Assembly (NCBI RefSeq): GCF_964204865.1
Contig: NC_135251.1
Coordinates: forward strand, 13,392,001-13,456,000
Direction: 5' to 3'
DNA: 64,000 nt
From: Styela clava
Lineage: Eukaryota
Below, in pieces: positions 26,401 to 38,945 of this stretch; positions within the stretch are counted from its first letter, which is position 1; each line of letters begins with the position of its first letter. Under the pieces are notes generated by a model, which worked only from the letters and a program-made list of their open reading frames with translations, searched no databases and was not told where the DNA came from. Made by a program: the position numbers and the translations under genes.

Positions 26401-29400
26401 AAACCTTTCACGCACTGTTTGTTCGCATCCTTCAGCTCGACTCAGCGCCTACGCAAATAGCTTTTATTATCTGTCAATATACCGCGAAATTCAAAAAATG
26501 CGCTCGCTCGCCAACGTAAATAAAGAAGCTTAGTAGTTCGGCGTTTTCGGGTTTTATTACTTTATCCACAAATTGAAAAGAGACAATTTCTTTGTTCATA
26601 AGAATAACGTGTATATGGATTCGAAACAGATTCGTGTACAAAATTTGCTATAATTTGAATGTTGTTGTATAATTTAACATTTTCACATCTGGAAATTCCA
26701 CATCTGTTGCGCAACATGGTTAAAATTCATACGTAATAAACGATCACCTACACAGCTTTTTCTTCGTACATCTCGCATAATTCGCCTTTTCATCGTTATC
26801 TACCACCTATTGTTCCAGACGTGCACATCGGTAAGCAACGTCCGCTAACAAAACTGTCTCGACAGGATATCAAATCCCGCGTTCCCGTTAACGACAATTA
26901 CGCTTAACAGCGGTCGCCCTCCTTCCTGGGTGGGAAAGGTAACGTCTACCTGAGCTACACCTATGCGAGCATATGCTTATTTCCTCTCTCCATTCGACGA
27001 ATTACCTCGCAGTGGCATTTCTATTGTAATACCTGGCGATTAAATCTAATGATCTGTGTCAAACTACCCTAGCCCATCGTTTTGGCATTGTTTTTTGAAG
27101 AGATTATCCTAGGTGACCTTGTCAAACACCCTGACATACAGGAAAACGAATTAATCGACCTCGATATGTTGATCGTAAAATTATACCATAATCGTGTTGT
27201 AGTATATTAATTAATGCAATAAGGTAAGCGAGTTAATCAAGAAAAAAGTTGACGTTGATGAGGTTTCGATCTCATGCATTATTGCATTATACTTAGATAT
27301 GCTCCAGACAGTGTCAGGTGGAATGAGAAAAAGTATTTTGGTTAAAAACTATCTCGGCAAACAAAGCCGAATTAGGAAAGGATCACGGTCAGGTGCGAAG
27401 ACGACGTCTATCACGTCTGCTAATCGTCAGACACGTGTTGCATATATCAAAAGTCAGCATCAGTCAAATCAGAACTTCATGCCAATAGTGGAAGAAGGTA
27501 CAAGTGTCTTGGTAGCTTGATAATACAACAGGGATGTATGGTAGCGAGATAAGGGAAACTAGTTGACTTCAAGTGTCAGATCCTCCTGTTTGTTCAATGT
27601 TGTTGATTGATGTGATACAGGACTTGGCAAATAATTTCAGTGATCCTAATATGATTTAGATATCACATTTAATGCAATTTCTATAGCCGGAAAATGCCAT
27701 TGGGAACACTACCGTAATCGTTAGTAAAGGGATAATGGGATAATTTAACAAGAAAACAAGGCGTTTGCTGACACTTGATAGCAAGAATTCAATTCAGACA
27801 AGTTAGATTCAGTAGTCTTGAAATGATCGCAAATATAAACCATTGCCTTTCTTGGGTTCTCAGGTTTAGGTTAATCTTTTTTTGTAGTTTCTCGTTTTCT
27901 TTTTTTTTCAATTTTCTAGTTAGTATTCCATTTTTATCAAATTCGATTTTCAACATGGTAGGCTGCTTTCCTGACACTCCAACTCCTGTTGCACAAGATA
28001 ATGAACCATTCAGAGATGGAAAACATGTTAGAAGTCTGTCGCAAGAACACCCAATTGAAGACAAAAACTCGGGCTTCAGAAGATTCAAGTCGATGCCCGC
28101 TTCCAAGGTATTAATTTAAGCTAGGCTCATATACAATAAACGATATAACAGCATATGTGTTTCGATTATTTTTTATTTAAAATACGAAGTCAAATTGATT
28201 GTTTCTCTTTAGCAGGGCCGATTTCGTCTTCTTGGCGTGAAAGAAGTGTCTGGCAATAACGAACTCGAGAAAGAAAACGAAGGACCCTCGTCCCGAAGAA
28301 TATCCCGTCATCGCACAGCCGTACCCAATCCAATGCTCGCTAGTCCCAGCTTTTCACCCATTGGTACTGGAAAGACTTTTACCCGTCCCAGACAAGGAGT
28401 TTATAACATGATGTCATCCCCGTTAGTGAGCGCCTTTTCTCATGGAAAGTCATCAGCTTTCAAGTCGGTTTCGCCTCTGGATGTCAAATCACAAACCAAG
28501 AGACGAGTGTTGGGAACGATCGACGATAACATTCCTGTTGCAAGTTTGTCACCCAAACAGCCAATGAAAATTGGTGGCATCAAACGCCTTCTTGACGACT
28601 CAACTTCATCATCAGTAGTCACTGTCGCGAGGAAACGAAAGTGCAGTAAATCTCTAAACGCCAAAAAGGCATTTTTACAAGAAAGGAAAACAAAATCTGC
28701 TGATGCTATCATGACTGGACGACCTCTCCCCATGTTTGCAATTGAAGCATCGCCTGTGTCATCCAGAAGCTTTTTGTGCCGACCAATCTCCGCACCTTTG
28801 CTTATGGTGAGTTATATTTTGCAATATTAGTTGTATACCTCAACTTAACGAAAAAATAAAACTCAAATTAATATCCAATTTTTGTTACCAGGGCGACAAT
28901 GACGAGGATTTCGTGCTTTCACACTCAAGTCTATGCAGTCACGATAGTGATGACGAGGATATGCGTAAAGGCAACCAGAGTGGCGACGATTTTGCTTCCG
29001 TCTCATCATGCAAAGAAGATGACATTGAAAACATGTTATGTGAAAATATTATGCAAGAAAAAGGGTCTGATTTCCGTATTGGTGACGATCATGACCAATC
29101 TACATCTACAACCCCAACCTGCTTAGCTGGACTTATCAGTGGCCCACTTCTACTAAACAACTCCGATACCTCATTCGCAGCCAGTGACGCAAATGACTCC
29201 ATTACCGCTCTAGGGTGCAAAAAGATAGATCCAGAAGTCGTAAGTTAGCTTTTATTTTCAGTCTATTTTAAACAATTTAATGCTTTTCAATATAGCTAAC
29301 TTTATTTATATATTTACAGCTAAAACCACGAGAACTCTTCCGATCACCGAGTGCACCTCCTCTGGTACCATCTCGCCGCGCTCTCATGAAACTGAAACGT

Positions 29401-30658
29401 GCCGTAAGAACAGGGGGGCCTTCATGTGAGACGACTCCAGTATCTATCAAGCGTCCACGTACTTTTGCATCTCTTTCCGACGCCGCCGACACCGAACCAA
29501 AAGACATTGCTGATTCGTGCCTGAATAGGTCGAAATCTTACAACGAATTGGACGTTATGAAAGCCGTTGATCAGGGATGTGAAGACGCAAGTTTAGTTGG
29601 AGACTTTAGCCGCGCTTGCTCGCTTCCAACTGTAACAGGAAGAAAACAAGATCTGAAATACATCACATCAAAAACAGTAAGTCCCTACATCTTTGTAACC
29701 AATAATAAGATAAGATTTTTTGATATTTATCCTGGGAGAGAGAAATTTTATTTCTAATTCTTTTCAGTGAATTTCCAAAATTTATATTTCTCCCCCTTTT
29801 TTTACAAAACAGCTCGTTGATGTATTGAAAGAAAAGCATAACGTCGGTATGGTTGAAGTTGTCGACTGCAGATACACATACGAATACGAAGGAGGTCATG
29901 TAAATGGTGCTGTGAACGTCTGGACCGAAGAACAACTGATAGAAAGGTGTGTAAACTAAAAAAAAAAATACAAAATATACTCAGACTTAAATTGTCTTGA
30001 TTCGCTTTGTTTTAATTTATTATTTTTTTCAACTTGTTATGTTTATAATTATATTTTCAGATATTTCAACTGTGCAAAACCTATGTGGGCAACATCGAAA
30101 CAGCAACAGGCTCAAGCTGGAACAGCAAAGCCTCACATTCTTATTTTTCACTGTGAATTTAGTTCTGAGCGAGGACCCAAACTTGCGCGATTTTTAAGAA
30201 GTCACGACCGGGACCAAAATGTCTATCCAAACTTATATTATCCCGAGGTTTACGTTCTTAAAGATGGATACAAGGAATTTTACAAGGATATGAAGGTGAA
30301 TTTACTGAAAATGACTTATGTACCTTCCGTAAACATCAACCCCACTTTCAATATGGGATCTTAACATATCTATACGGAGGAAACCATATAAATGGGGACT
30401 GTGACTTTAAAACCATCCCTATTTTAATTGCACTCAGGTCTCTACTGTGAATTTTTAATTTTATTAATTCAAATCCAACTATATTTAAAAAGTAAAATTT
30501 CGTTTTTAATATTTCAGGACCATTGTGAACCACGCAGTTACGTTCCCATGGCTCACGAAGACTATGCTAACGAACTCCGAAAGTTTAGAATCAAGAGCAA
30601 AACTTGGGCTGGTGAAAGAAGCAAACACGGACTTTTCAACCGATTGAAGCACAAATAA
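23458..30658 (+). CDS. CDC25: M-phase inducer phosphatase CDC25 (string-like), spliced
   Basis: Phase-consistent exons: 23458-23675, 23839-23952, 24043-24224, [27297-27497 optional], 27962-28107, 28213(or 28216)-28806, 28892-29239, 29320-29676, 29813-29946, 30061-30295, 30518-30658. Motifs: [26 protein letters not shown] box, LFRSPSAP, DCRYxYEYEGGH, catalytic [10 protein letters not shown], [19 protein letters not shown]. Confidence 0.97.
24869..24892 (-). promoter_or_regulatory. CDE-CHR tandem element next to a CCAAT box in CDC25 intron 3
   Basis: The minus strand reads CGCGG-GATT-TTTAAA (CDE, 4-nt spacer, CHR). CCAAT at 24888-24892. Lies at the start of a CpG-rich intronic stretch. Confidence 0.45.
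26482..26495. promoter_or_regulatory. E2F-like site abutting a CHR hexamer in CDC25 intron 3
   Basis: CCGCGAAATTCAAA (reverse complement TTTGAA-TTTCGCGG). Confidence 0.35.
27297..27497 (+). CDS. CDC25: Optional or alternative CDC25 exon (67 codons, basic)
   Basis: TTAG acceptor and G|GTAC donor; 201 nt, phase 1/1, open in the CDC25 frame; own ATG at 27299. Confidence 0.55.
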
Positions 30659-31450
30659 AATATTAGGATCATAAAATGGATATAACTTGCAGTATCCCCG
30701 CTAAAGACGGATTTTGTTCGCTGTTCTGCACTACGCGAAAGGAAACTCGCACCAAAACAAGGTATCTAAGGCTAAAGAACCATTAGATTGTACAATACAA
30801 GAGCTGTGTAGAAAGCAAATGCAAAGATTTAAAAATTTATTTTAGATTTTGTTTTGCAAGTCTATTTATTTAGGGATGGCATTCCATCTAGAAATGACCA
30901 TCTATGTTCTTGTAAGCTGTAAGTGTAGAATATATCTTTTATTGTGCGTTGCTGCTTCACATCGCTTTTGGCCTAAAGCCCCTTATTCAAATTCTATATC
31001 TTATTGTAGTTATTGTTATTCAAATTATATTTTATCATTTTGTCGACGCGAATTTATACTTTTTTTTCCAATTCAATTTAATCTTATTAAACGAATTTTC
31101 TTGCGGCAAAATTAGAAACTATATCAAAATTGGTCCATTTTCTCGCTGTTGGAATGCTGTAAAGCCCACTGAGATTTTTTGATATTTCTTTTTTACTCTT
31201 ACTGTTGTTATTATTGATCTTTTTGTTTATTAGTTTTGTTTGTTCGTTGTAGGACGGTCTTTGTTTATTTTTTGGCTTTCGACATACTTGCGATTGCCAA
31301 ACTATTTATGTGCGTCCTCCATTCCATGTGTTGTATGTGAGCCTATATGTGCATGTTATGTGTGCCTGAAATTTCCAAGCAGTTTCATTAGATAGTGATT
31401 TTGTTTTCGTTTTTCCATTTCCTTGTTATTAGCGAGTCGCAACCCGATCC

Positions 31451-31456
31451 AATAAA
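31451..31456 (+). terminator. Probable CDC25 polyadenylation signal
   Basis: AATAAA at the end of an ~800-nt U-rich stretch after the stop codon. Confidence 0.5.
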
Positions 31457-32271
31457 AGTTTCATATGACCCCAAAATCGTGATATCTGACAATTTTTGAC
31501 GCTTTTGACAGGTTGTAGATAGATTTGTGAGCGCGAAAGCGAAATTATTGAACATTATCGTCAATTACGTATCGCTAATTTGCGCATATGCTTCCTTAGT
31601 ATTGTTGTCTCTATTAGTCAGAAGCGTACTAAGCGACTTTGATATCCGAATTTTCACATGGATGAACTTTCCATCAAAAACCCTGATATTGGTTAAATTC
31701 TACTGAAAAATTCATCATGATTTTCTTTCGAAAATAAAAAAAAATCGACTAGAAATTACTTCGGCCGTTCGCGTGTCAATTTCCCATGACTTCGTTTTGC
31801 AATGCCAATCATGTGCGCGCGCCATTATGCAAATCGAATTTGTCTCACCAAGACAGAGAGAGGTCTTATTAATTAAAACTTAAGTACAAACGCGAATCTA
31901 CTTAATTCAGTTAATTAATAGCGATTAATCCTCCAAATTTGCTTCACCATAATATAGTGCGTGGGAAGATGACTCTTAGTTGATTACACATCAAATTTAG
32001 GATTCGTGCTTACATTAAATCTTAGCTGTGAATATTCGGTGATTTTAAACTTCCTTACCTAACTTAAGCATAGGCATTTGAAATGATATGGTTTTTTTCT
32101 GCGTCTCGCTTCCCCGATACGAAAACAATTTTCACTGCTAAACTGCTACCTGACGTGTTCGTTCGTTCGTTTTTTGTTTATTTATTTTTCGCATTTTATT
32201 TTTATCGAAGCGCTCAAAATTTAATCTCATATATTTAGATCTAAATTCAGTGGTCCGTTCCACGTTCGTGC

Positions 32272-32340
32272 GTTTACACTAGGTGTCGTGTTAATTTGAA
32301 AATAGGTGTTTTTGTATGACGTCATAATTTTAGGTGTGGT
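32272..32340. promoter_or_regulatory. Enhancer-like cluster: three T-box half-sites plus a CRE
   Basis: TAGGTGT three times (AGGTGT at 32281, 32304, 32332); palindrome TATGACGTCATA at 32315-32326. Confidence 0.35.
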
Positions 32341-33458
32341 GCTTTTTCGCAATATATTTTTCGTCGTTTTCCGATCGTATTTATTTCATTCCGTCCATCG
32401 TTTCGCTGATGTATTGCATCGTACGTTCGGCGCGGACTTCAATCGTCCATGACGATCACGTGACGCATTTATATACGGATTACCTCTATACTCAACCGCC
32501 TAAGCAAAAGCAAAAAAAATCAGAATTATGGGGTTTTAAAATGTGTCGAATTCAATGCAAATTCTATAAAACTAATTGCTCTTATTGATCTTTATATGCT
32601 TTTACCTCTTCGTACGTTGCAGAAGTTAAAGAAGGGCTCAATATCAAGCTCCAATCACTTCTTATACTTTTGCAATGTACGGGTAATTTTATTTGCGCTT
32701 CTCACAGGCGTATTTTCTTTCCGAATACATTCCATTCTTCCGCTTTATAACATTCTTTGTGTTGTAAAAGGCGGCTGTATTGTTTCTATCTCTTTTCTTT
32801 TTCCTCTTTTATACAAAAATATAGAATTTGCTTTGACTTTTCTCGATATATATTTAATATTTGTGTGCACCTATTATATTGGTCAATGAACCAGTTTGAG
32901 TCCTTTTGGCCTCATTCTGAAATTGTTTTCATAATTATATATATACAGATTCAATTTTATTGCAAAAAGGCTTCAAGTTATACAATACAAAAAAAAATAG
33001 AAAATACAATGAATTTATATATATTTCAAAGTTCATTATGGTGTTTTTTCATGTTTTTTTGTGTAGCATCAGATGGTTATGTTTGATCAAACGAGGCCGT
33101 AGCTAAATTACACTCAGACCTTAATTAGTGACGGCCCTAAATGTTCAAATATGACCAATTGATTACATTAACCCTATTGCGTTCAGAAATCTTTCTTTCG
33201 TTCAGTTTGGCTAGTTCTGACTGAGGGTTAAATTTCTGGAATTCGCGAAGAGTCTGTTTGCTTTCCTTTTGACAATTTTTCATGTACTACAACTCGATGT
33301 TTACTTGACTATTATATTTTTCTTTACAACATGCGTTTTTTTCGCGTTGACAATTTTTATCTTTATATGATTTTTGAACGTGCAAATAAACTTGTACGAT
33401 GTTTGCAAAAATTACTCGTGAAGTTTAGTTTTATTACGATTGTGCTAGAGGGGTTAAG

Positions 33459-33700
33459 CAGGGATGACTGGCGGGCCTTGTATGTGTGACGTAAAAAGTT
33501 ACATTTTATGAACAATATTTACAGTGTCACAAAAGTGGAAAACAATAAGCCTCGTGCCAAAACTAAATTTAATCGCAATCTCAACAAATTCCTTGAGTTA
33601 TTTATTAACGGAAACATCAAAATTTGGCTTAAGTTTAGCTGTGGCAGCGTCAGGCGGGCCAAATTGAATTACTCAACGGGCCGTGGTTTGCCCATGTCAG
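33459..33700. mobile_element. hAT-like MITE, copy 1
   Basis: Homologous to 60692-60943 (AAAAGTTACATTTTATGAA...AATCTCAACAAATTCCTTGA...GCGGGCCA...TTTGCCCATG). Flanks GGTTAAG / GGTTAGAG. Confidence 0.75.
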
Positions 33701-34759
33701 GGTTAGAGTTTTGTAGAGTAGAAAAGAGTAAGAAACTCAGATTTGAGGTATGACGTGTGGGTTTAATCTACTCTGTATGTAGTATTCGTTGTCTTAAGGG
33801 ACGACCTTAACAGAGTTTTTAAATATTTACCGGTGATTAAAATTTGAAAACGAATCACGTTAAACTCAGTAATCCAGACTGAAAGCTTTCAGCAAAACTG
33901 AAGGCATGGCAACGTTCATTACGCCGTACGTAATTATCACATCAGGTATTCTGAGCTTCACCATAATTCACCCTTCATGAACTTCACCATTGCGTTACAT
34001 TTTAGTCATATACGTGCCAAGTGTTTTGAGACAGAAAACCGCATACTTACGAAGTAAAATGTTACCGCGACCGTAATACACCAAAATTAGAATTTTAGGC
34101 TAGTTCATTCAAAAAAAAATTAACCCGACCTGACTAAGACATGGCCGATAGCTGAGATTGTCCGATCGTTGAAATGTGCATTTTATCAACATTGGTTGTG
34201 TGAAATGCATCGGTCTGCATCTTCAATGCTTCAAATTTAACAATCATCGTGTCATCGAATTATTATCCTTAATCGATAAAAAATCAATTTAATAACTTAT
34301 GTAACAACAAACAGAGGGCAATTTTAATGAATATATAGTGATTTTTCTCTGTTGCATCAACATGTTTCGAACAGTTTGAGTGCGATAGCACACTCATGTC
34401 AACATTGCAGTTGTTTACAACTTTACATGGAAATAAACAAAATGAATAATCAAACAACTCGGTAATAACAATATTAAAATTTACACATAAATGACATATA
34501 AAAACCTAACTGCTAGTAAGCGCAGATTGTGAGATATGAATAAATCAACAACATATGAGGGTGATGTATAATTCTTATTTTTCCATCCACACAAATTCAT
34601 ATGCGCTTCACATCATGTAAATACCGACGTAATTAGACTGGTGTGCTTGATTTTGTGCACTCAGTTTGTTTCACTATTTTAAATCTTGAAGTTTGAATTG
34701 AAATAAGTTCAGTATCGTCAAGAAAATAAGATATTGTTGAGATGGTTCATGTCAAGTTT

Positions 34760-35096
34760 ATTCAAGTTATATGCAACTGGTAATTACTTCATATTTATTT
34801 ATTTTTCTCTTGAAATGCCAACGACGAGGTTTGGAACATAAACATTTCCATGAAGTATAGGTATTCAATTCACATTCACGTTGATGTTCTACTCCTCCAA
34901 GTTAATAATCTAATCCGTCCAATAGGATTTAAAATAAGAAAAACGATCCCCAAATTAGGTTGTCTACTTACAAACATCTGCAACGGGACAACGCTTTCCG
35001 GCTGAATCATCCACGCGCAAAGTAGATAATCCACTCAACAACTTTTTAATATCCTTGATAACTCAAACTGGAAGCAAGTTTCACGGGATATTTCCT
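34760..35096 (-). pseudogene. Decayed death-domain-like remnant, paralog of 38600-38945
   Basis: Reads EISRETCFQFELSRILKSC*VDYL...VPLQMFVSRQPNLGIVFLILNPIG.../RECELNTYTSWK. Aligns over ~230 bp with 38681-38913, with several synonymous changes. Confidence 0.5.
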
Positions 35097-38000
35097 TGTA
35101 TTATTAATATCAGAACTGGTTTTTAATTTCCCGTCAACGTGTCACAAGATTTGCTCGATTCGGCTGAGTAAATTGGCGACAATTTAATTAATTGACTCTG
35201 TACTTTTGTACTTTTGAAAATTTGCCCCAAAACTGAAATAAATCTACTAACAAGTAGATTGACTACAGCGTTAGGGGCTCTTGGCACTTTATAGTGGCAT
35301 CACGTTATTTCGCTCAGAGATCAATCTTTTATATTTTTATATGAGTGTACGTGGACTTGCTTTGAGTATTTTTTTATAGAAAAAAAAAACGAAAAGTGAC
35401 TTTTGTTGGGTATAGAAAACTATGTCTGACGTGGGGACTAAAAAAAAACGCTTTCTAAATTGTGGACTAAAACATTGAATGGATGTTTCGGTTTGGAGCA
35501 ATAATAATCCTGATGGGATCCCAACTCGATTAGGTTTCAATTTCTTATTACAATTTGTCTTTAGTTATAAAATAATTGAGATACTGTAGCCGGCGATCGG
35601 AAGTTCGGTGTTCCATTATTTAATTTGTTCAATTCAACTAATTAACTTCTGGACAACGCCCATCTTGTTTTACGACGCCAGCACGCGCGCATATGACGTC
35701 ACAAACTGGTTATATTACGAAATGTAATTGATGACTGGGTAGATTACATTTGGAAAATTAAAGAGACAGCAAGGAAACCCACAATTAATTAGAATGTTAA
35801 TTGTTCAACTCAAAATGCAAGGTGTCAAGAAATCATAAATATATGACGTATAAATCAAACAACAATGCTTTTTATGGCGCGGGAAATTTCCGCACCATTA
35901 CCTTTGGTTTCTTTTATTTGCAGTATATTTTATGTCTCAAGACTCTCAGCAAACAGCTACTAAAGTCTAGGCACTACTTTGTTTTGCAACATATATACCG
36001 GCCTTTTTGCATTTAACAACATTTACACTCAGAACACTCACCATAAGGATTTGCTTTCGCATAAGTGTATGAAGGTTCTATCAATCAAAGGTATAACGTG
36101 ATTATTTTTGAGCTTCATCAAAATTGTTAGGAGGCCTTCGGTAAAAGAACCTCTGTTTGTCAGAGTTTTTGTTCAATGATCCCACATATAAAGTTAATAT
36201 CAGCAGAGTCTTGTGTAAGGTCTTGATTGTACAAAAAACTCGACCTTGTTGAAAAGGCAAGAGACGGGTTTTCATGGGATATTGAATTTTTATTAGCTTT
36301 TATGCCGCAGATAATTTTTGATGCTGGTCTGAGGCTCTGTGCAGTAATGTGAAACAGACCTTATCAATTATATTTTGTGTATTTTGTTTTTACCCATGAT
36401 TTGACATCGCGAAAAAGATTGTGATAAAGCGCCGTGACTACCGATCACCTGAGCAATATATATAATTATATTGATTATAAAGCACGAACAAAAATAAATA
36501 ACAGCGAGTATTATGACATCATTGTTTATTATTTATTTAGATTAATATATTTATTTTTAGCTATAGATCTATTTTGAGTTGTTTAAATCCAAGACTGCGA
36601 CTTTCCGATGATGCTCTGGTTCTGTGAAACATCTTAGAAAGTGGTAATTATCCGATGAATAAACTGACTGCTGGTGGACTATTTATCGACATTCCCAACA
36701 TTATCTTCTTAACGTGTATAATAGTCAGACTAGCGTTAGTTTGAAACATATTATAATGTAAAATTATTGTTTTCTTTTATCGTAATTGCCCCAAAACAAT
36801 ATGCTATAGTGATTATAACTCTAGTTATTTCTTGAAATTGAGAATATTTTAAAATTCGTTTTCTCAAAGCTGTGTTCGCGCATATTCCATACCCTACCTT
36901 GCAAAACATATACTGGTTTTGCAAAGCTATAATGAAATTTGGGGCGTTGAACGAAAGGGGGTCATCGTCCAACAGCAAGCTTCATACATTGTCGATTTTG
37001 GTTTCAAACGACTTAAATGAATCTTCCTTTTTTTAGAATGTTACCGTCGTGGGCATGGCAATGGTTGCAATGATATTGCCTACAGTTTGTATATATTTAT
37101 AACAGTGAATGTCTAACGTTGTGAAGTTTACAATCATTACCGAATATTTAATACATTCATCTTACGAATCGGTCTATTTCTTTGAATTTGATGTCTATCT
37201 GAAATAGAGCAGATTTTCTGCTGCTAATAATATTATTATTCATGGTTGCATCAATATTTGCTTTGTAGCGAATGCAAATATTGTTGTTGTTTCACATTGG
37301 CTTGTTATTTTAGGTCTTCAAAGTGTGAGTTCAATTTATATTTTCTAATAATTTAGAATAATCTCAGATTTGAAGTGTGCTATATATTTCTATAATCCTT
37401 ACTTATCACTTTGATAAAATTCCCTAGTTGATAGACAACATGCATGCTGCGTAGATTGAATTAAAGCTGACCGAAATTTTATTTCCAATCCGCTTATAAA
37501 TCTTCTCACCATGATATTGAATAGTCTAGCTATGATCACTAATCGTTGATACATCAGTATTTTCACATTGGACATAAATATCACGCAATGAATCTCATAG
37601 GGATTCGCGTGGAATGATAAATATCGAGACACGGATAACGAGAATTCTACTCAATTTGGTTGGATTTCAGAATATACATGGCGAGTCACCTGAGATAATG
37701 CACCTGTCATAGATTTCTCACAAAGATTTCTTGATTTCTCGCTCACAAATTTGTAATTATCTTTCATAGATCATTTCATACCCAGAAATTAACATAATGA
37801 AATTTTATGCAAACAGAACAAAATTTCTGTGTAATGCCCTTTCCGAATGGGCCGCTGATATTATATATACATATGAAATGACAGCGGACTGAAAAAAAAA
37901 CAGAATTTCCACAGCAGCACACCCAAACCTGTTTTTTAAACCAACAAATATGAATGATACATACTGTATACCAATTTAGAGGTAGATATAGAAATGACAA

Positions 38001-38599
38001 TATTTCTATTGCAAATAGAAGGAAATCTCGAAAGTGGTTATTTAGATGTGATGCCTATGAGGTTTGTGTGATCAAATTATACCTAAAATATACATCCAAA
38101 ACATCTGCAAAACACCGATCAAAATCAAACATTGAAGATTAATTAAAATAGATGGTCAGTCCAGTGGCGTAACAAGACTATCGTGGGTCAGTCAGACCAC
38201 AGAATCGTTAATGCCGCGTCACCAAAACTATTTACAAAAAGCTTAATTAATTAGTGCAGACGTTAAAACAGTTGAGTAATTTGCGCCCATATTGCTGGAA
38301 AAAGAACCACCGATTTTAGAGATAACATATGCACATCAAACATACGGATTACAATTTTCACCTTTCTGGAAAGCATATGCCAGATCAAACGATAATCGGC
38401 ACGTCGTTCGCGAGAAACAAAAGCTGTGTTTCAGTTGTCTTTAAATCTTGAACATGCCTCGAAAGTGTGGGTAATGTTATTGGTTGGCTGGTAATGTGTT
38501 GTTAAATTACACTTATTACGAAGTGTATTGGGGTATTTGACCTCGGTGCTTTATTGTACGCCTGCTGATTGTCAATGATTTTTAGGCAATTCAATGAAA

Positions 38600-38945
38600 A
38601 ATTTTCAATGTTTGACTTATTACAAATTCCTCAACGAATCGAGTAATCAGTTGTAATTTAGTTGTCAAGTGTTTTGTCGCCAATTCACATTCACGTTAAT
38701 GTTTTTGTTTATCCAAGTTAATGACTTTAATCTCACCAAGAGGATTTAGTAGACGGCAGATAACTTTCCAATTAGATTGCCCACTTACAACCATCTGCAA
38801 CGGGACTGGACCTTCCGGCTGTATGAATCAGTCATGAAATAGTTAATCCACTCCAAAACTTTTTAATATCCTGAACAAATCAAACTTGAGACAAGTTTTG
38901 CGGGATATTTCCTATTGGCACAATTGTAAATATTTCGCAGCTGTG
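38600..38945 (-). pseudogene. Decayed tandem death-domain-like remnant
   Basis: One frame: AAKYLQLCQ*EISRKTCLKFDLFRILKSFGVD*LFHD*FIQPEGPVPLQMVVSGQSNWKVICRLLNPLGEIKVINLDKQKH*RECELATKHL. NWKVICRLL matches the death-domain W-K-x-L-x-R-x-L helix pattern. Confidence 0.55.

Noticed and set aside
27789-29935. Minus-strand ORFs overlapping CDC25 exons (and similar ones over NOP14 and MFSD13A)
   Set aside because: Antisense shadows of real exons with no recognisable products.
34972-35094. 123-nt exon (paired with 38789-38911) with a shared TGA suggesting selenocysteine
   Set aside because: Another frame shows the synonymous changes and continues through the apparent GTAAGT donor; each copy has extra stops; no SECIS was seen.
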